32,000 nucleotides of DNA, from positions 30,001-62,000 of the forward strand of contig NZ_CP006867.1 of the NCBI RefSeq assembly GCF_001481685.1, written 5' to 3'. The DNA comes from Ignicoccus islandicus DSM 13165 (GTDB taxonomy: Archaea; Thermoproteota; Thermoprotei_A; Sulfolobales; Ignicoccaceae). Positions within the stretch are counted from its first letter, which is position 1, and every line of letters starts with the position of its first letter. The notes beneath the pieces were generated by a model. That model saw nothing but the letters and a program-made list of their open reading frames with translations, was not told the origin of the DNA and made no database searches. This document shows, piece after piece, positions 1-10,461 of this stretch. A program made the position numbers and the translations under genes.

Positions 1-441
1 TTACGCCAACATGTCCTTCCCTGGGAACTTAAAGATTACATTGGGGACGCACAGATAGTATCTCTAGTTTTCGGTCGCGAAAGCGTGGGACTTAGGAGAG
101 ATGAACTTGAGAAATGCGATATATTAATGCATATACCAGCGTCTTCTTCGTATCCTGTGCTCAACCTCTCGCATGCCGTTGCAATAACCCTCTACGAGTT
201 CTGGAAGCAGTTTAAACTGGAAAGGGGAACCTTACCTTCGAAGCCGTCAGAGGAAGATGTAAATCTATTTAAGTTAAATCTTGCAAACCTCGCTGAAACG
301 TTTATCAAAGATGAAATGAAGAGAAGCAGAATTATTAGATTACTTGAGAATCTGGCGGCCAAATCTACGAGGTCGGAGCTGAGGGCATTGATATACTTTT
401 TGGGAAAATGCAAGAGGGCAATTGAAGAAAAGTGCCATTAG
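1..441 (+). CDS. trmJ: C-terminal part of a TrmJ/SpoU-family tRNA 2'-O-methyltransferase (5' end outside window)
   Basis: Frame is open from base 1 (LRQHVLPWELKDYIGDAQIVSLVFGRESVGLRRDELEKCDILMHIPASSSYPVLNLSHAVAITLYEFWK), with SpoU motifs FGRES.GL, IP and LNLSHAVAI. Confidence 0.8.
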   Translation, partial: LRQHVLPWELKDYIGDAQIVSLVFGRESVGLRRDELEKCDILMHIPASSSYPVLNLSHAVAITLYEFWKQFKLERGTLPSKPSEEDVNLFKLNLANLAETFIKDEMKRSRIIRLLENLAAKSTRSELRALIYFLGKCKRAIEEKCH

Positions 442-528
442 CGACGTAGGAGTTAGTTAACTAGTTTAGAAGAGTGCCCTGTGATTTCAAAACCTTCTTT
501 GAACGTATTTATTTGGTGAAACTATAAT

Positions 529-933
529 ATGATAGACATCGGAAAAGTCCGTGAAATAGTCGATGAGTTTAATAAGGAACATGGTGCAGAATGCGAGGTT
601 CTATCAGTTAGCGACCGTGAAATCGTAATTTCGTTCAAAGGTCACATATGTTTCACTTGCGGTACGTACGACTACTTTGAGGACCTTGCCATGCGGTTAA
701 GCGAAGCCTTGTCTAAGGAATACGTTGTAGCCGAGTACCACCATAACGAGGATGGGAGTTATTTAGTTACATTTAGGCCTAAGAGTGAAGTTAAGGAGCG
801 AAAAAGGGAAGTGCTGGTAATGATCTTCGATGAAAAGGGCAATCTATCGGAATCGCTTAGAATAGACCTAAGCGACCTTAAGAGAACATCAGACGAAGTA
901 AGTAGAAATGTAAGTAGAAATAATAGTAATTGA
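529..933 (+). CDS. Conserved-looking hypothetical protein with a CFTC motif
   Basis: 134-aa ORF in a gap between recognised genes, ATG start; no family recognised. Confidence 0.6.
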   Translation: MIDIGKVREIVDEFNKEHGAECEVLSVSDREIVISFKGHICFTCGTYDYFEDLAMRLSEALSKEYVVAEYHHNEDGSYLVTFRPKSEVKERKREVLVMIFDEKGNLSESLRIDLSDLKRTSDEVSRNVSRNNSN

Positions 934-1057
934 AGGACTCCTCTGGAAAGTCGTTTTCAGATTATTTTAGAACGATGAAACTTAATCTGGCTAGTTGCTA
1001 ATTTAAGAGGATAAAGCGGAGGCTATATTGCCTTACTTAGTGTAAAAAACTAAATGG

Positions 1058-1756
1058 TTATTGTTGACAAGGTCTCTCTAGGAACTTCTTCGCTTCCTCT
1101 ACGTCCTCCTTGCTTGGAGCAGGCTCGTGGCAGAACCACCAGTCGAAGCACTCGTACTTCTGCATCCTCTCCTTCGCCTCTTGTTCGGTGCTTGCTGGCG
1201 GTATTATTACATGGTCCTTGATTATCTCGTTCTTCGGCCATCCGGCCGGGAAGGCCCTTCCCCATTTGTCGCTTAGTTGTAGGGCCTTCAGTAACCTTAG
1301 TATTTCGTCCATGTTTCTGCCGACGTTGAGCGGGTAGTAGAGTATCGCTCTAACCTTTCCTTCTGGATCAATTATGAATACTGCTCTTACGGTAACTACG
1401 CCACCTTCGGGGTGTAGCATACCTAGCTTCTTCGCTACTTCACCAAGGGGGTCCGCGATGATTGGGAACGGTATTTCGACGCCTAGCTTCTCCTTTATCC
1501 ATTCCTTCCACTTTATGTGGCTGAAGCTATTGTCGACGCTTAGGCCTAGTAGCTCGGTATTGAGCTTCTTGAAGTCCTCGTACCTCTTTGCGAACGCTAC
1601 GAACTCGGTAGTACATACTGGCGTGAAGTCAGCTGGGTGGCTGAATATTACTAACCACTTCCCCTTGTAGTCATCTGGTAGCTTCTTAGGTCCGTGGTCA
1701 GTGTGTACAACCATCTCTGGGAGTTTTTCACCGATTAAGGGTATTTGACCCGGCAT
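1058..1756 (-). CDS. Peroxiredoxin (Prx6/archaeal thioredoxin peroxidase type)
   Basis: [13 protein letters not shown] peroxidatic motif, long C-terminal arm with additional Cys residues, typical Prx6-like length of 232 aa. Confidence 0.95.
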   Translation of the reverse strand: MPGQIPLIGEKLPEMVVHTDHGPKKLPDDYKGKWLVIFSHPADFTPVCTTEFVAFAKRYEDFKKLNTELLGLSVDNSFSHIKWKEWIKEKLGVEIPFPIIADPLGEVAKKLGMLHPEGGVVTVRAVFIIDPEGKVRAILYYPLNVGRNMDEILRLLKALQLSDKWGRAFPAGWPKNEIIKDHVIIPPASTEQEAKERMQKYECFDWWFCHEPAPSKEDVEEAKKFLERPCQQ

Positions 1757-1920
1757 CGCTCTCTCCGTTACTACTCTACGTTAACGGCGTTTAAATGTAG
1801 AAGGCTTCGGTTATACTTAGGATTTACTTTCGGATTATTGAAGAAACTTTCCTAAAAACTTTTAATCTTTTCAACGAAAACCCAATAAGATCCGTTCGAA
1901 TTCATACGCGGGGACATAGT

Positions 1921-2514
1921 TTGGAGACGTTCTTCCTAGTACCGGTCTTCGAAAGATATAGTAAGTGGTTGTTATTCGAGATATCTAATGCCTATAGGTT
2001 GATAGGCAATAGATTAATACTCTCGGATGTTGAAGATGAGAGACTGGCCAAAGAACTTAGAAGTCGTGGAATTTTGGTTTTTAGGGAAGACTTCACGAAG
2101 GTGTTAAAGGAGCTCCCGAAACCCATAATAGTTCTCGATCCCAAGGCTAAGGTAAACCTCGATCCCGGAGAGGCCTCAAGTGGGACTATAATCATTGGTG
2201 GTATCCTAGGCTCTCATCCGCCTTTGGGGAGAACTTCCGTCCTCATTTCCTCTAGATTCCGAGGTTTCAAGGAATTTGTTTATTTTAGGAAAATAGGAGA
2301 TAGACAGTTTACTATAGATGGTGCGCTGGCAGTTGCATGGCTCATAAGTCAGGGTAAAAAGTTAGAAGAAATAGAAGTAGTTAACGGTCTGAAAATAACC
2401 CAAAAACTCCCATTTGGTCTTCAAAGAGAGATAGAGTTGCCTTACGCGTACCCGAAGGTCAATGGGAAGTTATTCGTATCAAAAGAACTTCTGAATTACT
2501 TACTCACCAGCTAG
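1921..2514 (+). CDS. SFM1-like/DUF431 SPOUT-family methyltransferase
   Basis: LDPKAKVNLDPGEASSGTIIIGGILGSHPPLGRTS resembles the archaeal DUF431 (SFM1-like) SPOUT family. Confidence 0.7.
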   Translation: METFFLVPVFERYSKWLLFEISNAYRLIGNRLILSDVEDERLAKELRSRGILVFREDFTKVLKELPKPIIVLDPKAKVNLDPGEASSGTIIIGGILGSHPPLGRTSVLISSRFRGFKEFVYFRKIGDRQFTIDGALAVAWLISQGKKLEEIEVVNGLKITQKLPFGLQREIELPYAYPKVNGKLFVSKELLNYLLTS

Positions 2515-2541
2515 TTTAGTATATAGAGTATCATGGGAAGA

Positions 2542-2820
2542 TTAGAGAGGTCTAGGTGATACAACGAACTTACCTTCTTCAGTCTCTTCCTTCAATGGGG
2601 CAAGGCTAATCCATTTATCTCCCAAGCACTCGGAAGGTTCATCGTTTCTCGCGACGTTGGTGAGATCGCTTGGTGTGTACATAGGTTCACCAGTCACTTC
2701 AATCGAGTTCAATTTCTCAAATAGGGAATAAATGTCCTTAAGGTCTTCTTCGAGTCTCTTTAACTCTTCTTCACTTAATTTTAACTTCGATAATTCAGCC
2801 GCTCTTCGTGCATCTATCAT
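2542..2820 (-). CDS. gatC: Asp/Glu-tRNA amidotransferase subunit C (GatC-like)
   Basis: 92 aa, AAELSKLKLSEEELKRLEEDLKDIYSLFEKLNSIEV pattern typical of GatC. Confidence 0.75.
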   Translation of the reverse strand: MIDARRAAELSKLKLSEEELKRLEEDLKDIYSLFEKLNSIEVTGEPMYTPSDLTNVARNDEPSECLGDKWISLAPLKEETEEGKFVVSPRPL

Positions 2821-3140
2821 TTCTCACACACCTCTTTAGCCCACTTAAGGTACTCTGGAAGGACGTAATCAGCTTCTACTGCAATTATTTCTGGAACTTC
2901 ATAGGGATGGAGGTTTCTCAGCTCATTGATAGCTTCGCTGGCTTTCTCTTTAGGAACTTTTAAGACGAGTACAGTTTCCTCATCCTCTTGTAATTGGTCT
3001 TTCCAAATGTAAAAACTCTGTATTTCTCCGAGAACCCATGCACATGCTACCAAACGTTTTTCAACTAAAGTCCGTGCAATCTTTTTGGCATCTTCCCTAT
3101 TTGGGAGTGTTGATATTATTATCATCAATTTGATCTCCAT
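2817..3140 (-). CDS. cutA: CutA1-like divalent-ion tolerance protein
   Basis: STLPNREDAKKIARTLVEKRLVACAWV...IQSFYIWKDQLQEDEETVLVLK...HPYEVPEI is the CutA signature. The ORF extends to 3161; the internal Met at 3140 is the preferred start. Confidence 0.92.
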   Translation of the reverse strand: MEIKLMIIISTLPNREDAKKIARTLVEKRLVACAWVLGEIQSFYIWKDQLQEDEETVLVLKVPKEKASEAINELRNLHPYEVPEIIAVEADYVLPEYLKWAKEVCEK

Positions 3141-3393
3141 GAGTTTTATCCTTCGAGGCATCTAATCTTTTGTGATGATGAAGTTCGTGGTATGCTTCGA
3201 AAAGTTCTTCCAACAATTTCGCCACCTTTAAAGTGATCGGTGTTACTGGTTTCCTATTCTCTAATATCTCTATGACCTCTTCTCTTTTAATTGATATACC
3301 GTAGGTCCTCTTGTAGAGGGTCATGAATTCTTCGAGTAACTCCTCGAACTTCTCTTCAACTAGTCTCCTTTTAGATATCCCGATTCTTTTCAT
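3097..3393 (-). CDS. Hypothetical protein
   Basis: 98-aa ORF with helical, charged composition immediately upstream of cutA; its tail overlaps the cutA start. Confidence 0.55.
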   Translation of the reverse strand: MKRIGISKRRLVEEKFEELLEEFMTLYKRTYGISIKREEVIEILENRKPVTPITLKVAKLLEELFEAYHELHHHKRLDASKDKTHGDQIDDNNINTPK

Positions 3394-3457
3394 CTTCTAT
3401 ACCATTACAACCTTCTAAATAAACCTCATTAAGTTCTCACTCTCGGGTAGCGTTGAC

Positions 3458-4222
3458 GTGTTCGTTGTACTAACCGGTACTGCAGGTTCTGGTAAGAGTA
3501 ACTTGACAGCCGCTCTGGCAAAGTGGATGGTAGATGAGGTAGGGTTGAAAATAAGCGTAATGAATCTAGATCCAGGAGCTGAGGTACTACCTTATACACC
3601 TGATTTCGATATTAGGAATTACTTTACAATTGAAGAAATAATGAAGAAGTACAAGTTGGGTCCGAACGGCGCCTTCTTAAAGGCAGCTGAGCTACTGCGT
3701 CAGTATGAGCGAGAGATACTCAAAAGTAAACCAGTGAAGGGATTCTATGACTACGTTCTCGTTGACACGCCTGGCCAGCTAGAGATGTTCATGTTTAGAC
3801 CAGAGGGCACACACATAATGAAGCGATTGGAAATGGTAAAACCAGTATTGATTGTTTACGTTGTAGACGGATCCCTAGCTGACCACCCTGAAGATCTCAT
3901 GACTTCTTACTTGCTTAACTTAATATTGCAAACGAAAGCAGAGTTACAAGTAATAACTGTTGTTAATAAAGTAGATTTACTTAACGACGCTGCGAGGGAA
4001 CAAGTCAGAAAGTTAATAGAAACTCCCGAACTCTTTGCCAAGGAAGTGGCTGACAAGGTAGGAGGAATTGCGGCCGATATGATACTCGACTTAGCGCAAG
4101 TTGCCGAAAAGTACTCTCCTTCAGCCAGAGCTATTATGGTTTCAGCACGCACGTTAGAGGGAATGAAGGAACTTTACGACGTAATTCACGAAATATATTG
4201 TAGTTGCGGTGATCTAACTTGA
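3458..4222 (+). CDS. GPN-loop GTPase
   Basis: P-loop GTAGSGKSN, LDPGAE, GPNGAFLKAAELL (GPN motif), DTPGQLEMF, NKVDLL. Confidence 0.95.
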   Translation: MFVVLTGTAGSGKSNLTAALAKWMVDEVGLKISVMNLDPGAEVLPYTPDFDIRNYFTIEEIMKKYKLGPNGAFLKAAELLRQYEREILKSKPVKGFYDYVLVDTPGQLEMFMFRPEGTHIMKRLEMVKPVLIVYVVDGSLADHPEDLMTSYLLNLILQTKAELQVITVVNKVDLLNDAAREQVRKLIETPELFAKEVADKVGGIAADMILDLAQVAEKYSPSARAIMVSARTLEGMKELYDVIHEIYCSCGDLT

Positions 4223-5046
4223 AGTGTGTTAAGGCAATAAGTCACGGAGGCGCATCAATTCTCAATGCAATACCTACTGGTATTGGTTCGGCCTTCGCTT
4301 TGAACTTAAACGTTGAAGTTGAGGTTTGCGAAAGCATGGAGAATCACTTTCCCTCGCATGCTATTGAAGAAGTGTACAACACTATCAAGGCGAAGTATTG
4401 TCAACAACTACAAGCAGTAAGCGTTAAGGTTAGGTCCGAAATACCTGCAGGAGGGGGATTGAAGTCTTCGTCTGCGGTCACCAATGCTACAGCCGCAGCT
4501 TTAAGTAAGTTGTGCGCACTAAAGGTTTCGCCATATGAAATACTGAGACTTGCTGTGGAGGCCTCAAAGAAAGCGAGAGTTACAATAACGGGTGCTTTAG
4601 ACGATGCCGCTGCGAGTCTTCTAGGAGGCTTAGTGATTACGAATAATCATGAGATGAAAATACTAGATAGGATGGCACTTCCCGAGCTACCTGTGATAGT
4701 AATCCCTAGATCAGGTCGTCGGTACGGCTTTGAAGAAATAAAAGACAGGTTGTCTAGTTTAAAGAGTCAATTTAAAGTAATTGAGGAGAGACTTCTTGAT
4801 AACAAAGATTTATGGAACGTAATGACACTGAACGGAATCCTAGTTGCGAGCGCTCTTGGTTACTCAACCGAACCAATAACGCAAGCTCTCAAGAGAGGTG
4901 CAATAGCAGCATCAATTAGTGGTAATGGCCCTTCTTACGTTATTGTCGCAGAGAAGGATAATTACCAAGAAATTTACGAGTTATTTAAAAATGAAGGCGC
5001 TGTCCTTAGTAACATTACTAACGAAAAAGCCTATTACGCTGACTAA
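4219..5046 (+). CDS. aroK: Archaeal shikimate kinase (GHMP-kinase type)
   Basis: SHGGASILNAIPTGIGSAFAL, EIPAGGGLKSSSAVTNATAAAL, SISGNGPSYVIV. 4-nt overlap with the upstream GTPase gene. Confidence 0.88.
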   Translation: MKCVKAISHGGASILNAIPTGIGSAFALNLNVEVEVCESMENHFPSHAIEEVYNTIKAKYCQQLQAVSVKVRSEIPAGGGLKSSSAVTNATAAALSKLCALKVSPYEILRLAVEASKKARVTITGALDDAAASLLGGLVITNNHEMKILDRMALPELPVIVIPRSGRRYGFEEIKDRLSSLKSQFKVIEERLLDNKDLWNVMTLNGILVASALGYSTEPITQALKRGAIAASISGNGPSYVIVAEKDNYQEIYELFKNEGAVLSNITNEKAYYAD

Positions 5047-5105
5047 ATCCGAAGAAGTAAACTCTTAACTTAATTTCAAAGAGCAGAACGACTGGTTGGT
5101 GAGAA

Positions 5106-5459
5106 ATGGTTTGCGTTGTAGTCCCCACAGATGATGGAAAAACAGTTAAATTGGGTCACTTTGGAGATGCGAAGAAGTATTTACACTATGTGAAAACTGA
5201 AGACGGATGGAAAGTCGTGAAAGAGATACCTAATCCGTATTCTGAAGAAGAAGAGCATGTTCATAATACCTTGGAGAAAAGAAAGGAAATCCTCCGTCTA
5301 AATAACGATTGCGACGTCTTCGTCTATACATTCTTCGGACCGGGAGGCGAAAAGTTTATGAAAGAACATGGAAAAATTGTGGTACACGTCGATCCAAAGA
5401 CGACTATTGAAGAGGCGCTCAGAAAGGTCGAGCAAATTCTAAGCGGAGTAGCACACTAG
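5106..5459 (+). CDS. Dinitrogenase Fe-Mo cofactor biosynthesis (NifX/NifB C-terminal) domain protein
   Basis: PTDDGKTVKLGHFGDAKKYLHY... and CDVFVYTFFGPGGEKFM resemble this family. Confidence 0.7.
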   Translation: MVCVVVPTDDGKTVKLGHFGDAKKYLHYVKTEDGWKVVKEIPNPYSEEEEHVHNTLEKRKEILRLNNDCDVFVYTFFGPGGEKFMKEHGKIVVHVDPKTTIEEALRKVEQILSGVAH

Positions 5460-7162
5460 TCATGGATATATATTAGCTTCAGAGTATTGTCCTCCACACC
5501 CTCGATTTTTGCAAAGCCTTTTCTGATGAGCTGGATTGTATGAGCTCTTACTTCAAAGGCCTTTTCTTCTACGTAGCCTACGGAAAACCCCTTCTCTGGA
5601 TACCATACCATTGCCTTATTCTTTCCTTTAACCCATTGAATTATTTCTAGCTTTCTTTGCCTAGCGTATTCTAAGTCTTTAGAAATAAGCTCTAACACAA
5701 GGCGAGAATTTTCGATATCGAATCCAACTATCTTGAAATTCCCTAGCTCCATGAGTCGTACTTCTCCTTGCTTCTTCATAACTTTTCTGAGATCTTCTTT
5801 CTCTATATATATCACATCGTTAGGACCTACTACGTACTTCCTACTTCCCATCTCCGGAATTTTTGGATGCCATGGAATCTCAGCGACTAGTTCTTCATTA
5901 CTCTTAATGTAAGCTTCTACGGGATCTTCGATATACATTATACGAGGGGATTCCGGATCTATTATTTTCCTATTTATTGCAGCTAAGTTGTCGAAACTAA
6001 TGCTTGCGTCACTAGCCTTTATTCCTACATCTATCATTATCTCTCTGATAGCCTCTGGAGAAAACCCTCTCCTCCTTAGCCCTCGTATCGTTGCAGCTCT
6101 CGGATCATCTCCTTTAATTCCCAACTCCCTTAACTTACTCTTAGATAAGATAAATCCTTCCAGTTTCAATCTACCGAAGTGTATTGAAATAGGAGGCGTC
6201 CATCCCATATATTGAAAAATGTAACTCTGTTTAGTTTCGTTCTGTCTATGTTCTCTGGCTCTCAGTACGTGAGTTACCCCCATCAAGTGGTCGTCTATGG
6301 CAGCTGCGAAGTTATATGTGGGCCATAGCCAGTACTTGTCGCCCACAAGTGGATGGGGGTGTTTCCTTGGATCTATTATTCTGAAAGCAACCCAGTCCCT
6401 AACCGAAGGATCTGGATGAGACATATCTGTTTTTATTCTAACAACGGCCTCACCTTCTCCATAGGCACCTTCCAATATCTTCTCTAGCCTCTCCAAATGC
6501 GTTTCCGGTAGTTCCTCTCTGTGAGGACATGGCCGTCTTGAGTCTTTGTACTTTTTCCATTCCTCATTAGTACACGTACAGACGTAAGCTTTTCCTTTTT
6601 CGATGAGTTTCTTGAGAATATCGTAATATATTTCCATTCTATTGGATTGATAGTATATTTCATCGGGCTTGATGCCCAGCCATTCGAGGTCCTCCACTAT
6701 TGCTTCATATGCATCAGGCAAAGGTCTCTTGGTCCTCGGATCAGTATCCTCGAACCTTAGTATGAACTTACCCTTATACATTCTTGCGTATTCGTGACTT
6801 AGGATTGCTGGTCTGGCGTTACCTAGGGTCATATAGAAGTCGGGATTCGGTGCGAAGCGAGTTACTACTTTCCCCTCTTCAGCATTGGGTAGTGGCGGCA
6901 ATCCTTTCCTAACTTCCTTCTTTCCTTCAGTTAGTGCCTCTGGGTATCGTTCCTTAAGGAGCCTCTCTTGCTCCTCAATTGATAACGAGTTCACTTCATC
7001 TATTACTTCTCGAACAATAGGAATGATTTCCTTCACTTTCTTCCTTAAGTCTGGATTTTCAGCGAGCATAGCGGTTACTACTGCTTTTAGTTGAGCTTTA
7101 CCGCCATGAGTATACGCGTTTTTAAGTGCATGCTTAAAAGCGAGTTCTCTAATTTCGTTCAC
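5456..7162 (-). CDS. gltX: Glutamyl-tRNA synthetase (archaeal type)
   Basis: RFAPNPDFYMTLGNARPAILSHEYA, FRFEDTDPRTKRP, LEGFILSKSKLRELG (KMSKS-like), 568 aa. Confidence 0.95.
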   Translation of the reverse strand: MNEIRELAFKHALKNAYTHGGKAQLKAVVTAMLAENPDLRKKVKEIIPIVREVIDEVNSLSIEEQERLLKERYPEALTEGKKEVRKGLPPLPNAEEGKVVTRFAPNPDFYMTLGNARPAILSHEYARMYKGKFILRFEDTDPRTKRPLPDAYEAIVEDLEWLGIKPDEIYYQSNRMEIYYDILKKLIEKGKAYVCTCTNEEWKKYKDSRRPCPHREELPETHLERLEKILEGAYGEGEAVVRIKTDMSHPDPSVRDWVAFRIIDPRKHPHPLVGDKYWLWPTYNFAAAIDDHLMGVTHVLRAREHRQNETKQSYIFQYMGWTPPISIHFGRLKLEGFILSKSKLRELGIKGDDPRAATIRGLRRRGFSPEAIREIMIDVGIKASDASISFDNLAAINRKIIDPESPRIMYIEDPVEAYIKSNEELVAEIPWHPKIPEMGSRKYVVGPNDVIYIEKEDLRKVMKKQGEVRLMELGNFKIVGFDIENSRLVLELISKDLEYARQRKLEIIQWVKGKNKAMVWYPEKGFSVGYVEEKAFEVRAHTIQLIRKGFAKIEGVEDNTLKLIYIHD

Positions 7163-7275
7163 TTTTTGACGCCCAAGTAGGTTTCATTAAGTGCTATAAA
7201 TAGCATTCAAAGCCAGATAATTCAATTAACACCTTTTTTAAATCCCCACTGAACTCCAAGGAGGGGTTCAGAGCC

Positions 7276-7635
7276 TTGTCGGCAGTTGAAGCTGGACGCG
7301 TGGGAATTAGGGGCGTGGAACCGCCCAAGATAGCGTGCGACGATCCTGAATGTCCATGGCACGGACATCTAAAGGTGAGGGGTACCATCTTAGAAGGTAT
7401 TGTTGTAAAGAAGAGGATGCAAAAGGCTGTTGTAGTTAGACACGAGTATTTGTACTATAACAAGAAGTACCAAAGATATGAAAGAAGGAAGAAGAACATC
7501 CACGCACGATTACCTCCATGCTTAGCTAACGAAATAAAGGAAGGCGACGTCGTAGTTATCGGCGAGACGAGGCCATTGGCTAAAAGCATAAGCTTCGTTG
7601 TGCTCGGTAGGAGGAAAACTGGAGGTGAAGAGTAA
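7276..7635 (+). CDS. rps17: Ribosomal protein uS17
   Basis: [34 protein letters not shown]...[15 protein letters not shown]...[15 protein letters not shown]; TTG start behind GGAGG. Confidence 0.95.
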   Translation: MSAVEAGRVGIRGVEPPKIACDDPECPWHGHLKVRGTILEGIVVKKRMQKAVVVRHEYLYYNKKYQRYERRKKNIHARLPPCLANEIKEGDVVVIGETRPLAKSISFVVLGRRKTGGEE

Positions 7636-8048
7636 TGGTAAAAGCAACGGCGATAAAATCTAGGAAGAAGATAACAACTGGTCTCCAAGTTGGTTCATAC
7701 GTAAAGGTTACCGATAACAGTGGAGCTAAGGTAGCTCAAATTATTGGTGTCCCGGGATATCATGGACGCTTAAGGAGGATACCGCCGGCGGGCGTTAGCG
7801 ACATGGTTGTCGTAACTGTCAAGAAGGGTACCCCAGAGATGCGTCATCAAGTCGTTAGAGCCATTGTAGTGCGTCAAAAGAAGCCTTTCAGGAGACCCGA
7901 CGGAACGTGGGTTGCGTTCGAAGATAACGCAGTGATAATAGTGAACGAGGACGGATCCCCCAAAGCCTCTGAAGTAAGAGGACCTGTAGCTAGGGAAGTT
8001 GTAGAGAGATGGCCACGAGTAGGAAACGTTGTAAGCATAGTGGTCTGA
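7635..8048 (+). CDS. rpl14: Ribosomal protein uL14
   Basis: [20 protein letters not shown]...[26 protein letters not shown]...[14 protein letters not shown]. Confidence 0.97.
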   Translation: MVKATAIKSRKKITTGLQVGSYVKVTDNSGAKVAQIIGVPGYHGRLRRIPPAGVSDMVVVTVKKGTPEMRHQVVRAIVVRQKKPFRRPDGTWVAFEDNAVIIVNEDGSPKASEVRGPVAREVVERWPRVGNVVSIVV

Positions 8049-8049
8049 G

Positions 8050-8427
8050 GTGAAGATCATGCCCTTGATAAGTTCGAAGAAACCCTCGAAGCAAAGGAAG
8101 TTCTACTTCAATGCACCCCTCCACTTGCGCCACAAGTTCATGAATGCTCCATTAAGCGAGGAACTCCAAAAGAAATACGGTGTTAAGAGACTTCCCGTCA
8201 GAAAGGGCGATACAGTAAAAATTGTGAGAGGGAAGTTCAGGGGTCATGAAGGAAAGGTAGCGAAGGTAGATTTGAAGAAAGTTAGGATTTACGTAGATGG
8301 GGCAACGATTGAAAACAGTAGAGGGGAAAGAGTATTCTATCCGATACACCCATCTAAGGTTATCATTACTAACCTAGGAGAAGTGGATAAGGTTCGCGAA
8401 AAGATAATTAATAGGAGGAAGAGGTGA
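8050..8427 (+). CDS. rpl24: Ribosomal protein uL24
   Basis: [16 protein letters not shown]...[38 protein letters not shown]. Confidence 0.96.
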   Translation: MKIMPLISSKKPSKQRKFYFNAPLHLRHKFMNAPLSEELQKKYGVKRLPVRKGDTVKIVRGKFRGHEGKVAKVDLKKVRIYVDGATIENSRGERVFYPIHPSKVIITNLGEVDKVREKIINRRKR

Positions 8428-8434
8428 GTCCGAG

Positions 8435-9199
8435 ATGGCTCGAATGGGTGGTAAGAGACACTTAAAGAGACTAGCTGCACCTGCCTTCTGGCCTGTTCCA
8501 AAGAAGGAGGCAGTATGGGTCGTAAAACCAAGAGCTGGTCCGCATCCGCAATTTGAAAGTATACCACTACTTGTTCTCGTGAGAGATGTACTTAAATTGG
8601 CAGAGACTTCTAGAGAAGCTAGAAAGATCATATCCGAAGGTAAAATCAAAGTAGATGGGCGCGTACGAAAGGACTATAAGTTCCCGGTAGGTAAAATGGA
8701 TGTAATAGAACTCGTGGGCGCTGATAAGTATTACAGAATGGTTCCATACCCAACAAAATACCTCATTCCAATCGAAATAGACGCAGAGGAAGCCAAGTTA
8801 AAGCCTGTAAGGATTGAAAATAAGACCACCGTAAAGGGTGGTCATATACAATTAAACTTGCACGATGGAAGGAACATATTAATCAAGGTAAGCGATCCTA
8901 GAAACCCTGTCGAAGCGCAAGACTACAAAACGTTATCTACCTTGCTAATAACTCTTCCGGATCAACAAATTCAGAAGATCATACCTATGAAGGAAGGTGT
9001 AATTGCTATAGTTAGCTCCGGTAGGAACGTGGGCAGAGTAGGGCGCATTGAAGGTATAGAGGCTGGTATGGGAAGGAAGGAGACGTTAGTAAAAATGAGG
9101 GATGTACATGGAGAAGTTTTCTATACTGTTATTGATTACGTCTTCCCAATAGGGGAAGAAGAACCTATAATAAAATTACCTGAAGGTGCGTGGAAATGA
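8435..9199 (+). CDS. rps4e: Ribosomal protein eS4
   Basis: [53 protein letters not shown]. Confidence 0.97.
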   Translation: MARMGGKRHLKRLAAPAFWPVPKKEAVWVVKPRAGPHPQFESIPLLVLVRDVLKLAETSREARKIISEGKIKVDGRVRKDYKFPVGKMDVIELVGADKYYRMVPYPTKYLIPIEIDAEEAKLKPVRIENKTTVKGGHIQLNLHDGRNILIKVSDPRNPVEAQDYKTLSTLLITLPDQQIQKIIPMKEGVIAIVSSGRNVGRVGRIEGIEAGMGRKETLVKMRDVHGEVFYTVIDYVFPIGEEEPIIKLPEGAWK

Positions 9200-9777
9200 G
9201 TACTGAAATAGGCACTCTAGAAGTCCCAATTCCACAAGAGAAAGTCAAAGAGATTATCGAAAAGTGGACCAGCCAACCTATGTTGAAGCCCAAGCTAGCG
9301 AAGGTTACGGTAAACATCGCTCTAGGAGAAAGCGGCGAGAGACTCGAAAAGGCTTACGAACTGCTTGAGGAGCTAACTGGACAGAAACCTGTCAAGAGGG
9401 CTGCAAAGAAGACTATTAGGACATTTGGCATTAGAAGAGGAGAGAACATAGCAGTCATGGTCACGCTTAGGGGAGAGAAGGCAATAGACTTCTTGAAGAG
9501 GGCTCTAGAAGCAGTTAACTGGAAGATAAAGGCATCGAGCTTCGATGAGTTCGGCAACGTTGGGTTTGGAATAAAGGAACACATACAAATACCAGGAACT
9601 AAATACGATCCTAGAGTAGGTATCTACGGTATGGACGTTATAATAACGTTAGAGAGAGCGGGTTATCGAGTAGCCAGGAGAAGGAGGGCCAGAAGCAAGA
9701 TACCTAGAAGACACAGACTAACTAAGGAAGAAGGTATGGTTTACCTAGCTAAGGAATTTGGAGTAAAGATAGTGTAA
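9190..9777 (+). CDS. rpl5: Ribosomal protein uL5
   Basis: [58 protein letters not shown]; the true start may be the ATG at 9196. Confidence 0.96.
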   Translation: MEMSTEIGTLEVPIPQEKVKEIIEKWTSQPMLKPKLAKVTVNIALGESGERLEKAYELLEELTGQKPVKRAAKKTIRTFGIRRGENIAVMVTLRGEKAIDFLKRALEAVNWKIKASSFDEFGNVGFGIKEHIQIPGTKYDPRVGIYGMDVIITLERAGYRVARRRRARSKIPRRHRLTKEEGMVYLAKEFGVKIV

Positions 9778-9822
9778 TCGTCTTAAAATTGGGCAGAGGT
9801 TAGCCCAAGAGGGTGGTGTAGC

Positions 9823-9987
9823 ATGGCGAAGTTCAGGCCACCTAAGGAGAGGAAATTTGGAAGGGGTGCGAGGCGCTGCCAAAGGTGTGGTTCACAAGAT
9901 GCGGTAATCACGAAGTATGGACTCTATCTATGTAGGCAATGCTTCCGAGAAGTCGCACCAACTTTGGGTTTCAAGAAATACAGGTAA
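9823..9987 (+). CDS. rps14: Ribosomal protein uS14 (zinc-binding, 54 aa)
   Basis: Translated by hand (absent from the ORF track): [54 protein letters not shown], with CxxC...CxxC. Confidence 0.95.
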   Translation: MAKFRPPKERKFGRGARRCQRCGSQDAVITKYGLYLCRQCFREVAPTLGFKKYR

Positions 9988-9997
9988 GGTGATAACC

Positions 9998-10399
9998 GTG
10001 GTGATGTTGGATCCCCTAGCCAATGCGCTCAACACTATCTATCAAAACGAAATGAGAGGCAATAAGGAAGCAATAATAATGCCAGCATCTAAGTTAATTG
10101 CTAACGTCTTAAGGGTTATGCAACAAGAGGGGTATGTTGGAGAAATAGAATATATTGATGATGGAAGATGGGGCAAAATCAGAGTCCAGTTATTGGGTAG
10201 AATCAACAAGTGTGGTGCTATAAAGCCTCGTCAACCACTGAGCTATAATGATCTACTAAGACTACCGGAGTGGGTCAGAAGGTTCTTGCCATCGAAGGAC
10301 GTCGGTATACTAATACTAAGCACCTCCAATGGATTAATGACTCACAAACAAGCGTTGGAAAAGAGAATAGGTGGAATAGTGCTAGCATATGTCTATTGA
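9998..10399 (+). CDS. rps8: Ribosomal protein uS8
   Basis: [68 protein letters not shown]. The track ORF begins at 9917; the start is more likely one of the codons at 9998-10004. Confidence 0.93.
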   Translation: MVMLDPLANALNTIYQNEMRGNKEAIIMPASKLIANVLRVMQQEGYVGEIEYIDDGRWGKIRVQLLGRINKCGAIKPRQPLSYNDLLRLPEWVRRFLPSKDVGILILSTSNGLMTHKQALEKRIGGIVLAYVY

Positions 10400-10461
10400 G
10401 ATTGCCTAAGTAATTTGTATATTTTAAATTCTCTACCAAATTCAAGGAAAAGTAGATATAG

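Noticed and set aside
958-989. cagatta...taatctg inverted repeat in the gap before the peroxiredoxin gene, considered as a terminator or small RNA.
   Set aside because: Seven-bp stem with an 18-nt loop and no box motifs or stable GC stem.
1110-1670. + strand ORFs 1110-1337 and 1374-1670 over the peroxiredoxin gene.
   Set aside because: Antisense to a clear peroxiredoxin; no domain signal of their own.
1885-1915. gttcgaattc near 1890, considered as a tRNA T-arm.
   Set aside because: No acceptor stem, anticodon arm or CCA-compatible context around it.
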